Positions 1 to 12,702 of a stretch of 64,000 bases of DNA are shown in pieces. The translations under genes and the position numbers were made by a program. Source of the stretch: an uncultured Erysipelotrichaceae bacterium (GTDB lineage Bacteria; Bacillota_I; Bacilli_A; RFN20; CAG-826). How positions within the stretch are numbered: the stretch's first letter is position 1; each line of letters starts with the position of its first letter. Location of the stretch: positions 95,621-159,620 of the forward strand of contig ONCO01000005.1 of assembly GCA_900316365.1 (NCBI GenBank), written 5' to 3'. Below the pieces are notes generated by a model that was not told where the DNA came from, did no database searches, and saw only the letters and a list, made by a program, of their open reading frames with translations.

Positions 1-276
1 ATCGACGATAGAGGCTATCTCAAATACATCGATTATGACCTCGACGTTAAGCTCTACCCAGACCTTGTCGAGAAGACTTTGGACGAAAGGGAGTTTGCCC
101 ATAACGCCGAATTCTATGGCTATAGCAAAGAGCTCGTCGCCAAGATCAAAGAGAGCAAAGACAACATCCTGAAGATGATTGATAACCGGGATTTCCCATT
201 CGTCGACGAGGAAATGCAGAAACGTTACCAGATGTTCCTCGACGCCAACCAACCCATCGAGAAAAACGAACATTAA
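1..276 (+). CDS. DUF402-like (YgaC/Ntdp-type nucleoside tri/diphosphatase family) protein, C-terminal fragment; 5' end lies outside the window
   Basis: The frame is open from nt 1 in phase with the 79..276 ORF. The sequence IDDRGYLKYIDYDLDVKLYPD...FVDEE recalled as typical of DUF402/FomD-like proteins (recalled from memory). A hairpin terminator follows at 279-300. Confidence 0.45.
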   Translation: MDDRGYLKYIDYDLDVKLYPDLVEKTLDEREFAHNAEFYGYSKELVAKIKESKDNILKMIDNRDFPFVDEEMQKRYQMFLDANQPIEKNEH

Positions 277-278
277 GC

Positions 279-303
279 GCGAAAAACGCGCTTTTTGTTT
301 CGT
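279..303 (+). terminator. Rho-independent terminator (agcgcg-aaaaa-cgcgct + T-tract)
   Basis: Perfect 6-bp inverted repeat followed by tttttgttt, immediately after the stop at 276. Confidence 0.6.
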
Positions 304-344
304 TTCACCCTAAGGGTGATATAATCGGCACGCTCATAAGCATT

Positions 345-809
345 ATGGAACTCGAACTCATTAGTAAAAGCAAAGAAGAAACCCAAGCCATCGGAGAGGC
401 ACTAGCCTCTTTATTTCAGCCTGGGGATGTCGTGTTATTGAAAGGCGATTTAGGCGCGGGCAAAACCACCTTCACCGGCGGTGTGGCCAAAGGACTTCAC
501 CTCAACGAGAAAGTCATCTCGCCGACCTTCAATATCATGAAGACCTATTTCAAAGGCGATTTGCCTCTTTATCACATCGATGCCTACCGTCTTGAAGACC
601 AGAACATCGAAATCGGCCTCGACGAATATATCGAGGGCGATGGCGTATGCCTCATCGAATGGCCGATGTATATCGAAAAGCTTATTCCTGATGAATATCT
701 GGAGATCACCATCCGCAACAAAGGCGGGGATTCTCGTTCTCTCCAGTTCGTCTCCCAGGGCGAAGGATATGACAGATTCGTCAAATTCCTGAAGGAGAAA
801 AAATGCTAA
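345..809 (+). CDS. tsaE: tRNA threonylcarbamoyladenosine biosynthesis protein TsaE (YjeE ATPase)
   Basis: Walker A GDLGAGKTTFTGG. Size is ~150 aa. Gene order tsaE-tsaB-tsaD. Confidence 0.85.
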   Translation: MELELISKSKEETQAIGEALASLFQPGDVVLLKGDLGAGKTTFTGGVAKGLHLNEKVISPTFNIMKTYFKGDLPLYHIDAYRLEDQNIEIGLDEYIEGDGVCLIEWPMYIEKLIPDEYLEITIRNKGGDSRSLQFVSQGEGYDRFVKFLKEKKC

Positions 810-1855
810 GTTTACTTTTGGATAGCTCCAATTCCGCGCTCGCAGTTGGCCTTGCGGAAGATGGCAAGCTCGTTGATGAAATCCAATATGAGGCCAACCA
901 GCGTCAGTCCGAAGTCATGGTCGATGAAATCGCCAAACTCTTCGACAAGCATAACGTTACCAAGAAAGATTTATCAGGTGTCGTGGTCACCAAAGGACCT
1001 GGCTCCTATACCGGTGTCCGCATTGCTTTGACGGTGGCTAAAACCGTCGCCTTTGCCTGGAACACCCCGCTTTTCCTCGTCTCTTCTTTGGAGGCCTTAA
1101 AGGATGGCGATAAGCCTTCCATCTGCTTAAGCAACGCGAGAAGCAAGAGAAGCTATATCTCGGTCTATGAAGGCGAGAAGGCCATCATGGAAGACCGCAT
1201 CATGGATAACAAAGATGTCTTAACCTACATCTCCGAGCATCCAGAATACGAAGTTTGCGGCGATGCGAAATACCTCGGAATTGAAGGAAAACGCATCAAC
1301 GTCCTCGCTAATTTGGCCAAATGCGCCAAAGAACATTACTCCGTGGAACCTCTTGGAGCGAAGCCTGTCTACCTCAAGGATTCGACCGGTTCCTCTGAGA
1401 TGAAGGTCATCGTCCGTCCAATGATCTCCGCCGATATGTCGCAGATCATGGAGATTGAGAATGCTTCCTTCAAGCATCCATATGAGCAGTCCCATTTCCA
1501 ATACGAATTACTTGAGAATCCTTTCGCCCACATCCTCGTGGCCACAGTCGATTCCCTCGTCGTTGGCTTCGTGGACTTCATGATCACCTTCGATTCCGCG
1601 ACCATCAATCAGATCGCCGTTAAGGAGAATGTCCGCGCCAAAGGCATCGGCACTCGCTTAATTGGTGAGATGATCAAGGTCTGCAAAGAGCAGAAGGATG
1701 AGGTTGATTTCGTCACTCTCGAAGTTAGAGCCTCTAACCTCACCGCCCAGAAATTCTACAAACGTCACGCGTTCGAACTCATCACTACCAAAAAGGCGTA
1801 TTACGATGACGGCGAAGACGCGCTTTACTACGTAAGGAGCATCATCAATGACTAG
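803..1855 (+). CDS. tsaB: Fused TsaB (YeaZ, inactive Kae1 paralog) - RimI (GNAT ribosomal-protein-alanine N-acetyltransferase)
   Basis: N-terminal half carries VTKGPGSYTGVRIALTVAKTVAFAWNTPLF, the TsaB signature. C-terminal half carries IAVKENVRAKGIGTRLI...QKFYKRHAFE, the GNAT acetyl-CoA motif typical of RimI. Both lie in one ORF of 350 aa. Confidence 0.8.
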   Translation: MLSLLLDSSNSALAVGLAEDGKLVDEIQYEANQRQSEVMVDEIAKLFDKHNVTKKDLSGVVVTKGPGSYTGVRIALTVAKTVAFAWNTPLFLVSSLEALKDGDKPSICLSNARSKRSYISVYEGEKAIMEDRIMDNKDVLTYISEHPEYEVCGDAKYLGIEGKRINVLANLAKCAKEHYSVEPLGAKPVYLKDSTGSSEMKVIVRPMISADMSQIMEIENASFKHPYEQSHFQYELLENPFAHILVATVDSLVVGFVDFMITFDSATINQIAVKENVRAKGIGTRLIGEMIKVCKEQKDEVDFVTLEVRASNLTAQKFYKRHAFELITTKKAYYDDGEDALYYVRSIIND

Positions 1856-2864
1856 GATCTTAGCTATCGAATCCAGCTGCGATGAGACCGCGGTTGCCAT
1901 CACCGAGGACGGAAAGCTTTTAGCTAACGTCGTCGCCACCCAGATTGCCGTACATGAGAAGTATGGCGGCGTCATGCCAGAGATTGCCTCTAGGTTACAC
2001 GCCGAAAATATCACTGTCTGCCTTACCGAAGCCCTCCGTCAGAGCAAGTTGACCCTCGAGGACATCGATGCCTTTGCAGTCACCAGAGGCCCGGGCCTTA
2101 TTGGTTGCTTACATGTTGGTTTGCAAGCTGCTAAAACTCTCGCGGCCCTTTATCACAAGCCATTAATTCCAGTCCATCATTTGGCCGGCCATATCTATGC
2201 CAACCAATATGCTGGCGAATTCCATTATCCGATGCTCTGCGTCGTCGTCTCCGGCGGCAACACCGAACTGGTCATCATGAAAGACGACATGGACTTCGAG
2301 ATTATCGGCGAGACCCTCGATGATGCGGTCGGTGAATGCTATGACAAAGTCGCCCGTGTTCTTGGTCTCCCGTATCCAGGCGGCCTTCCAATCGATCAGC
2401 ACGCGAAGCTTGGTCAGCACACCTATGAACTCCATAAGCCGCGCATGCCGCATGACACTTATGACTTCTCCTACAGCGGCCTTAAGACCCAGGTCATTAA
2501 CTTAGTTAACACCCTCAAGATGAAGGGTGAGCCAGTCAGAATGGACGACATGGCCAAATCCTTCCAGGACGTCGCGATCGGCATGGTTGTCGATAGAGCG
2601 ATGCGCGCTGCGAAGAATTATGGCGTTAAGCAAATCGTCTTAGCCGGTGGCGTCTCCGCGAACTCCTATCTCCGTGAGGAGATGAAAAAAGCGGTGGAAC
2701 ACACTGGCATTGAGCTAGTGATCCCTCCGCTTTGGTGCACGACTGATAATGCCGCGATGATCGCCAAGGTCGCCGAGAAACTCTACGTCAGGAAGGTCTT
2801 CGCCCCATTAACCTTGGGCGTCGATCCTAACTGGAGAATCTCCGACTGGGATAAATTCGATTGA
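1848..2864 (+). CDS. tsaD: tRNA N6-adenosine threonylcarbamoyltransferase TsaD (Kae1/YgjD)
   Basis: MTRILAIESSCDETAVAI, HHLAGHI and VSGGNTEL motifs. Length 338 aa. Confidence 0.9.
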   Translation: MTRILAIESSCDETAVAITEDGKLLANVVATQIAVHEKYGGVMPEIASRLHAENITVCLTEALRQSKLTLEDIDAFAVTRGPGLIGCLHVGLQAAKTLAALYHKPLIPVHHLAGHIYANQYAGEFHYPMLCVVVSGGNTELVIMKDDMDFEIIGETLDDAVGECYDKVARVLGLPYPGGLPIDQHAKLGQHTYELHKPRMPHDTYDFSYSGLKTQVINLVNTLKMKGEPVRMDDMAKSFQDVAIGMVVDRAMRAAKNYGVKQIVLAGGVSANSYLREEMKKAVEHTGIELVIPPLWCTTDNAAMIAKVAEKLYVRKVFAPLTLGVDPNWRISDWDKFD

Positions 2865-2889
2865 TTACTGGGCGTAGCCCAGTTTTCTT

Positions 2890-3618
2890 TTAGTCGTTGG
2901 CCCAGATGAAGGATTCGACGTATTGGGCGTTTGGGCTTTCGTTGACGATTTTGAAGTATTGATAATTGATTGCGTCATCGAAAAGGACGGAATACGGCTT
3001 TTTGTTTTCCAAAGTGCCTGATTCGACGCCGGTTAGCTTGGTGGTGACGCTTTCGCTGGTTTTTCCCGCATAGACAGTTGGGCAAACGGTGGCGTTATGG
3101 TTCTCTTCGACCAACACGCCGTCTTCGTAGACCGAATAGATGTTGGCGATGAGAGTGATTTTTAATTTCGCGTGGATTGGGTTTTGGTTCTCGATGTAGG
3201 AGGTAGCGGTTCCTTCCTCGGCCTTTTTCATCTGGATGGTGCTGATGCCCTTGTATTTGCCATCGTTTCTCTGGGTATCGTTGGTGATGAAGGAGACGCC
3301 TCCGATGGTGAGTTCGTGGTTGGTTAGGTATTTGCTCTGGTTTGGCGCCGGGAAATCAGCCGCGGAGACGGTGACCGCGGTTTTGGCGGTTGGGTCAAAC
3401 TCAAACTGAGAGGACGCTGGAGCGCTAGAAGAAACGGCAGGAGCCTCGCTAGAAGATGCGACTGGGGCTTCGCTGGAAGAGACGGCAGCCTCGATAGAAG
3501 AGGAGACTGGAGCCTCACCGGAAGCGATAGATGGAACATTTTCGTTACTCGCGGAATCGCAGGCCGCCATGGCGAAGGTCGCCAAGATTAAGAGTGCATT
3601 GATTTTTTTCATGCGCAT
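2890..3618 (-). CDS. Lipoprotein with Ser/Ala-rich tandem-repeat linker (SSSEAPVAS-type repeats) and a C-terminal beta-rich domain
   Basis: Signal peptide plus lipobox MRMKKINALLILATFAMAAC. Repeats EAPVSSSIEAAVSSSEAPVASSSEAPAVSSS follow. Confidence 0.6.
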   Translation of the reverse strand: MRMKKINALLILATFAMAACDSASNENVPSIASGEAPVSSSIEAAVSSSEAPVASSSEAPAVSSSAPASSQFEFDPTAKTAVTVSAADFPAPNQSKYLTNHELTIGGVSFITNDTQRNDGKYKGISTIQMKKAEEGTATSYIENQNPIHAKLKITLIANIYSVYEDGVLVEENHNATVCPTVYAGKTSESVTTKLTGVESGTLENKKPYSVLFDDAINYQYFKIVNESPNAQYVESFIWAND

Positions 3619-3705
3619 ATTCTATGAATTTTTGCCCCAATAGGGAAAGAAAGTTTTTCTTTCCTAGTAGGAAAGTCGCGAAATGGCTTCTATACTATGG
3701 GGGCT

Positions 3706-5091
3706 ATGCAAGAAAAAGCTATTACTATCCAAAAACTCTTCGACCTTCTCAAATCTGGAGAAGATCTAACCAAAAAGAACCCTGTATTCATTGAAGGCTG
3801 GGTGAGAACCAATCGTTCCTCCAAATCCATCGGATTCATTGAGGTCAACGACGGCTCTTGCTTTAAGTGCATCCAGGTTGTCTATGAGGACAAACTCGCC
3901 AACTTCGCCGATGCCACCCATTACCTCACCGGTGCCTGCATCGCTGTCCGCGGCGAAATCGTCATGACCCCGGAAATGAAGCAGCCATTCGAAATCCATG
4001 CGAGCGAAATCATCCTCTTGGGCGACGTTGCTGAAGACTATCCACTTCAGAAGAAACGCATGTCCCTCGAGTATTTAAGAGAAATCGCCACGATGCGTCC
4101 AAGGACCAACACCTTCAACGCCTTGTATCGTGTCCGTTCCACCCTTGCGCTTGCGATCCACGAATTTTTCCAGTCCAACGGATTCGTCTACGTCCACACC
4201 CCGGAAATCACCGCGAACGACGCCGAGGGCGCTGGCCAGACCTTCACCGTCATCACCGACGCGAAGGATCCAATCAAAGACTTCTATGGCACCAAGTCCA
4301 GCTTAACCGTCTCCGGTCAGCTTCACGTCGAGCCATTCGCCCTTGCCTTTGGTAAGGTCTATACCTTTGGCCCAACCTTCCGCGCTGAAAAATCCAACAC
4401 CCCACGCCACGCGTCCGAGTTCTGGATGATCGAGCCGGAAATGGCCTTCGCTGACCTCCAGGATGATATGGACGTCATGGAAGCTTCCATCAAGTTCTCC
4501 ATCAACTACATCCTTGAGCACTGCCCAGATGAAATGGCCTTCTTCGATAAGTTCATTGCTCCTGGCACCATTGAGAAACTCAATGCCGTTCTCGCCAAAC
4601 CATTCGTTCGTATGACCTACACCGAAGGCATCAAGATCCTGCAGGAAGCCGTCAAGAACGGACACAAGTTCGATTATTCCAAGATCGAATGGGGTATGGA
4701 CCTCCAGTCCGAACACGAACGTTACCTCACCGAGGAAGTCGTTAAGGGACCTATGTTCCTCACCGATTATCCAAAGGAAATCAAAGCCTTCTACATGAAG
4801 GAGAATGCCGACGGAAAGACCGTCGCCGCGGCTGACTGCTTAGTCCCAGGCGAAGGCGAGATCATCGGTGGCTCCCAGAGAGAAGACAACTATGATGTCC
4901 TCAAAGCCAAGATGGAAAAAGCCGGCAACGACAAAGGCCTCGAATGGTATCTCAACCTCCGTAAGTGGGGCGGTTGCGTCCATAGCGGCTTCGGCATCGG
5001 CTTTGACCGCTTGCTCATGTATATCACCGGTGTTGCCAACATCCGTGATACCGAGCCATATCCACGTACCTTCGGTAACTTAAAGTACTAA
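3706..5091 (+). CDS. asnS: Asparagine--tRNA ligase
   Basis: Class II aaRS motifs FRAEKSNTPRHASEFWMIEPE and GGSQRE...GFGIGFDRL. ~460 aa. The start was chosen at the ATG preceded by GGGGG; 3697 is an alternative. Confidence 0.88.
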   Translation: MQEKAITIQKLFDLLKSGEDLTKKNPVFIEGWVRTNRSSKSIGFIEVNDGSCFKCIQVVYEDKLANFADATHYLTGACIAVRGEIVMTPEMKQPFEIHASEIILLGDVAEDYPLQKKRMSLEYLREIATMRPRTNTFNALYRVRSTLALAIHEFFQSNGFVYVHTPEITANDAEGAGQTFTVITDAKDPIKDFYGTKSSLTVSGQLHVEPFALAFGKVYTFGPTFRAEKSNTPRHASEFWMIEPEMAFADLQDDMDVMEASIKFSINYILEHCPDEMAFFDKFIAPGTIEKLNAVLAKPFVRMTYTEGIKILQEAVKNGHKFDYSKIEWGMDLQSEHERYLTEEVVKGPMFLTDYPKEIKAFYMKENADGKTVAAADCLVPGEGEIIGGSQREDNYDVLKAKMEKAGNDKGLEWYLNLRKWGGCVHSGFGIGFDRLLMYITGVANIRDTEPYPRTFGNLKY

Positions 5092-5094
5092 ACC

Positions 5095-5253
5095 ATGTCT
5101 GATTTCGACCAGTTAAACCAAGAACCTGAAGTATTATCGCCTGAGCAAAAGAAAGCGATTGCCAAGCGTAGGCTTTTCGTTGTGATCATTGTCCTCTGCG
5201 TGATTGGTGTCATCCTTTGCGGCTGGGCCTTGGTCGAGAGGTTCATTGCTTAA
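5095..5253 (+). CDS. Small C-tail-anchored membrane protein (52 aa), not in the ORF track
   Basis: ATG lies 4 nt after the asnS stop. Encodes MSDFDQLNQEPEVLSPEQKKAIAKRRLFVVIIVLCVIGVILCGWALVERFIA: an acidic N-terminus plus one TM. Its stop TAA overlaps the ATG of the next ORF (taATGg). Confidence 0.4.
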   Translation: MSDFDQLNQEPEVLSPEQKKAIAKRRLFVVIIVLCVIGVILCGWALVERFIA

Positions 5254-5254
5254 T

Positions 5255-5704
5255 ATGGAAGAAGAGAAGACTTCAGAAAAACCATTACCTAGAAACATCC
5301 GCGGGGGATTCGTCGTTTTGATGGTTGCCTGCGTGATGTTTTTTCTTGATGCCGTCCTTCAAATGGTGGCGATGGTGGACACTTTGGTCCAAAACCAAGT
5401 GGTCTGGACATCCACGACATCCGTCATCTCTTTCTTAAAACACCCGACTTTGTTCTTGTTTTTCGTGCTTGGAGGCATCTCTGGCATCTCTTTTGCTAGG
5501 AGGAAAAAATTCCTCGCTGGCTGGGTGGGACTATTCGCCATTCTTTGCTTTTTCTTCTTTGCTTTCGACTTCTTTGACTCGGTCTTAAAGCTAATAAAAA
5601 CATCCGATTGGAGTCGTTTCTTTGGCTCGTTCTTGAGCGTCCAGATTGATACGACCCTCTACTTCATCGGATGGTTTGTTTCGAAGGATTACTTCGAGGA
5701 TTGA
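5255..5704 (+). CDS. Hypothetical integral membrane protein (about 4 TM)
   Basis: Hydrophobic segments throughout. The start was chosen at MEEEK, in frame with the 5204 ORF and translationally coupled to the preceding micro-ORF. Confidence 0.5.
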   Translation: MEEEKTSEKPLPRNIRGGFVVLMVACVMFFLDAVLQMVAMVDTLVQNQVVWTSTTSVISFLKHPTLFLFFVLGGISGISFARRKKFLAGWVGLFAILCFFFFAFDFFDSVLKLIKTSDWSRFFGSFLSVQIDTTLYFIGWFVSKDYFED

Positions 5705-6406
5705 TTATTGTTTATTCGCGTCGTTGGCGTTGATCTGCGACGGGTCCGGTTTGAACTCATCGGCATTCAAGGTGTTGGCCTTGAAGTCTTTTAACGACTT
5801 GGTAAAGATCGAACGGCTTCTATTCCAGATGGTGATCCAACGGACGAAATAGCCCTGCGCCATGATGAGATAGGTGATAGAGCCACCGAGGATAAGTGGA
5901 ACAGCGATATAGGAGCCAAGATGCTCAAGGATGAAGCGTGGATGATCTTCAAATGGGGCTGGCCATTCCGCAAGGACAGTGACGCCGAATACTTTGGTGT
6001 AGTAGGCTGGGTCCTCATAATGCCAGAGGAAGAATAAGTCTAAGAAGTCTTCGAAGATATTCTCGTTCCAAGAATTCCTAATCGCGGCGACGATGATCCA
6101 TACAAGTACACCGACAAGGATGATAAGTAATGGAATCTGGGACGCCCTGAAGAAGAGGCGGAAGCTCTTTTTGTTGGCTAATTTCCTATAGGCTTGAGGG
6201 TTCATGACCACATGGGTGACGGTGACGTCATACATGATGTTATCGGCGGCTTCGGACTGCTTATGGCAAATCCAACGGATGCCCATACCGATAAGGCCAA
6301 TGATTAAAAGGACGATGATGAGGACGATGATGAGCACGATTAACGCGCGGCGATCGGACTCATTGAATTCAAGGCTCACGAAGAGAGGTAAGAGATTATT
6401 GATCAT
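5705..6406 (-). CDS. Hypothetical membrane protein
   Basis: Multiple TM helices (IVLIIVLIIVLLIIGLIGMG...). No recognisable catalytic motif. Confidence 0.5.
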   Translation of the reverse strand: MINNLLPLFVSLEFNESDRRALIVLIIVLIIVLLIIGLIGMGIRWICHKQSEAADNIMYDVTVTHVVMNPQAYRKLANKKSFRLFFRASQIPLLIILVGVLVWIIVAAIRNSWNENIFEDFLDLFFLWHYEDPAYYTKVFGVTVLAEWPAPFEDHPRFILEHLGSYIAVPLILGGSITYLIMAQGYFVRWITIWNRSRSIFTKSLKDFKANTLNADEFKPDPSQINANDANKQ

Positions 6407-6983
6407 TGTTCTCGCCTCCTTGTGCTTCGATCATGGTAACGGTTGGTTTCTCTTCAGCGTTTAAATCGATTGGCTGAGAGCTGAAATCCGGCTGTGGATT
6501 TGGGTTATAGCCTGGCTGCTGGGCATACGGATTCTGAGGAATCTGCTGGTTAGGCATTTGCTCATTGCCGATATAGCCTGGCTGAGGCTGCTGCTGATAT
6601 GGTGGGATGCCTGGGCCGTAGCCGCCTTGCTGCTGATAGTATGGGTTCGGTGGTGGGACCGCTGGACCTGGCTGCTGACCTTGCATCGCTGGATTGGTGT
6701 AGTAGTTCTGCTGGACGTAGACGTTGCCTGGCTGCTGTGGCTGAGTGGCATTAGGTTCGGCTGCGTCAGCGCTTAATTTCGCGCGGATACGCTTGGCCGC
6801 CTCAACATCCTCTGGATATGGGGCAAAGAGTTTCTCGCCCTTGAAGAAACGGATAATGACGACAAAGAAATAAACGATGGATTTTGCAAAACCATAAACG
6901 GCAAAAACAGCTGCCGCTACAAGGATGAACGGCAGGAGGATTGCATATAGGAGACCAAATCCGAATAACTTAATAACCTTCAT
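6396..6983 (-). CDS. Membrane protein with a long Q/P/Y/N-rich low-complexity (prion-like) C-terminal region
   Basis: N-terminal double TM followed by QPQQPGNVYVQQNYYTNPAMQGQQPGP...NPYAQQPGYNPNPQP. Confidence 0.55.
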   Translation of the reverse strand: MKVIKLFGFGLLYAILLPFILVAAAVFAVYGFAKSIVYFFVVIIRFFKGEKLFAPYPEDVEAAKRIRAKLSADAAEPNATQPQQPGNVYVQQNYYTNPAMQGQQPGPAVPPPNPYYQQQGGYGPGIPPYQQQPQPGYIGNEQMPNQQIPQNPYAQQPGYNPNPQPDFSSQPIDLNAEEKPTVTMIEAQGGENNDQ

Positions 6984-7915
6984 AGCTTTTCTGTCCCAAC
7001 CCTAATTTTAGGGTCAGCATCTTTTTTAAACAATATCGCGCGATAAATAAATATGAAGAGTTCTATCGCGACGCATGGGCACGCGAAGAGGAGCAAACCA
7101 TATCCACGAGGCAAGGACCTATAAAAGATATAGAAGAAGCTCATGCCCACCAAAAAGGCAAAAACAAGGGGGACGTATATCCATTTTCGAGTAGTTGGGA
7201 AAAGACTAGATAGCGAGAACGGGAGCCAGAAAATGGCCGAAATAAGGAAACAATATGCCGTTTCGATGGAGAAGAAGGAGATAACCAAAAGCAGGATTCC
7301 CGAAAGGAGTCCGAAAGCAGGGTAGAGGAGCGAATGAATTTTGCCATAAGGCCGCTCGATGCTAGGGACCGATTCCATGATCATCTGCATGATGATGTTG
7401 ACGATGGCTTCCTGGGCTAGGGCATAGGCTAAGATTGCCGCCGGCATGATGAGTGGCATAAGTGGAGCGTCCTGCACCGTAATGATCGTTAAAAGGAAGT
7501 TAATCATATCGATGGAGTAGATCGCGTCGATTAAGAGAATCGAAACATAGGTCAAACCCATGTTTAAGATGCCGGTCACGAAGACGATTTCGCCAATGGT
7601 GAGTCGCTTCTGCTTTAAGAATCCATATAGGGTTCCGCTGCAGATGGCAGGGATGGCATAGAACAAAGTAAGCTGGAAATCCCAGATTGTGGCGATGAGC
7701 GATAAGCCGATTGAAGCTAGTAAATAGACGGGAATGTATCTGTTTTTGCAATAGTAGGCGGCCACCGCGCTAGGTAATGGGAGGAGCAACATCAGGAAGA
7801 TTGCCCCGAACGGGAAGAAGGTGGCGAATAAGGCAAAAACAACGTCGATGGACGCCATGATGGAGATATAGGCGATGTTCTGCGCTGAGGTCTCGCGCGG
7901 CGAGAAAACTTTCAT
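6980..7915 (-). CDS. Polytopic membrane protein (8 or more TM), function unknown
   Basis: Hydrophobic throughout. Forms an operon-like array with the two downstream minus-strand membrane genes. Confidence 0.5.
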   Translation of the reverse strand: MKVFSPRETSAQNIAYISIMASIDVVFALFATFFPFGAIFLMLLLPLPSAVAAYYCKNRYIPVYLLASIGLSLIATIWDFQLTLFYAIPAICSGTLYGFLKQKRLTIGEIVFVTGILNMGLTYVSILLIDAIYSIDMINFLLTIITVQDAPLMPLIMPAAILAYALAQEAIVNIIMQMIMESVPSIERPYGKIHSLLYPAFGLLSGILLLVISFFSIETAYCFLISAIFWLPFSLSSLFPTTRKWIYVPLVFAFLVGMSFFYIFYRSLPRGYGLLLFACPCVAIELFIFIYRAILFKKDADPKIRVGTEKL

Positions 7916-8036
7916 GACGATATTTTAATATCAAAATGACTTGCTAAAAAAGATGAAGCTATTCCCGTTACAGTGTCGAAAGATTGTCCACCTTCCTTAT
8001 TTATAAGGAATGGTCTGGGTAGTAAAATACCTCCGT

Positions 8037-12364
<4,328 letters not shown>

Positions 12365-12403
12365 TGAAAAAAGATTCTAGATAAACTAGAATAGGACACC
12401 GTT

Positions 12404-12700
12404 ATGAAAGAAATTAATCTCGAAGTATTAAAGGACGCGGCGAATCGCCTGATGTTCGACATGTCCCCAGAAGAGTACCAAACCCTGCTTGAGGAATTCT
12501 CAATCCTCACCAAGCAGATGGAAACCATCGGCAAAATCGAAGGGCTCGACGAAATGGAACCTATGACTTTCCCGTTCCCATGCGAGACCAGCTTCCTTCG
12601 TGAAGACGAACCGGAAGTCGCCCTTCCTAGAGACGAGGCGCTTAAAAACGCCGGAAGCGTGCAAGATCATCAGATCAAATTGCCAAAGGTGGTGGGCTGA
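12404..12700 (+). CDS. gatC: Asp/Glu-tRNA amidotransferase subunit C
   Basis: 98 aa, directly upstream of gatA-gatB. Conserved GatC length and position. Confidence 0.85.
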   Translation: MKEINLEVLKDAANRLMFDMSPEEYQTLLEEFSILTKQMETIGKIEGLDEMEPMTFPFPCETSFLREDEPEVALPRDEALKNAGSVQDHQIKLPKVVG

Positions 12701-12702
12701 TT

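Noticed and set aside
584-784. Numerous antisense or overlapping ORFs from the six-frame track (e.g. 584-784-, 8163-8723-, 8767-9372+, 31937-32491-, 53193-53615-, 57641-58096-)
   Set aside because: They lie entirely inside well-supported genes on the opposite strand or in an alternative frame. They show biased Ser/Arg/Pro-rich composition typical of shadow ORFs and lack RBS and start context.
3324-3539. ORF antisense to the Ser/Ala-rich lipoprotein
   Set aside because: An artefact of the repetitive GC-rich Ser/Ala codons. The lipoprotein frame has a signal peptide and lipobox.
12378-12394. Small inverted repeats as operators (ttctag-ataaa-ctagaa at 12378-12394; tctata-tcttct-tataga at ~20300)
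   Set aside because: Short 6-bp inverted repeats in AT-rich spacers occur by chance. There is no cognate regulator nearby.
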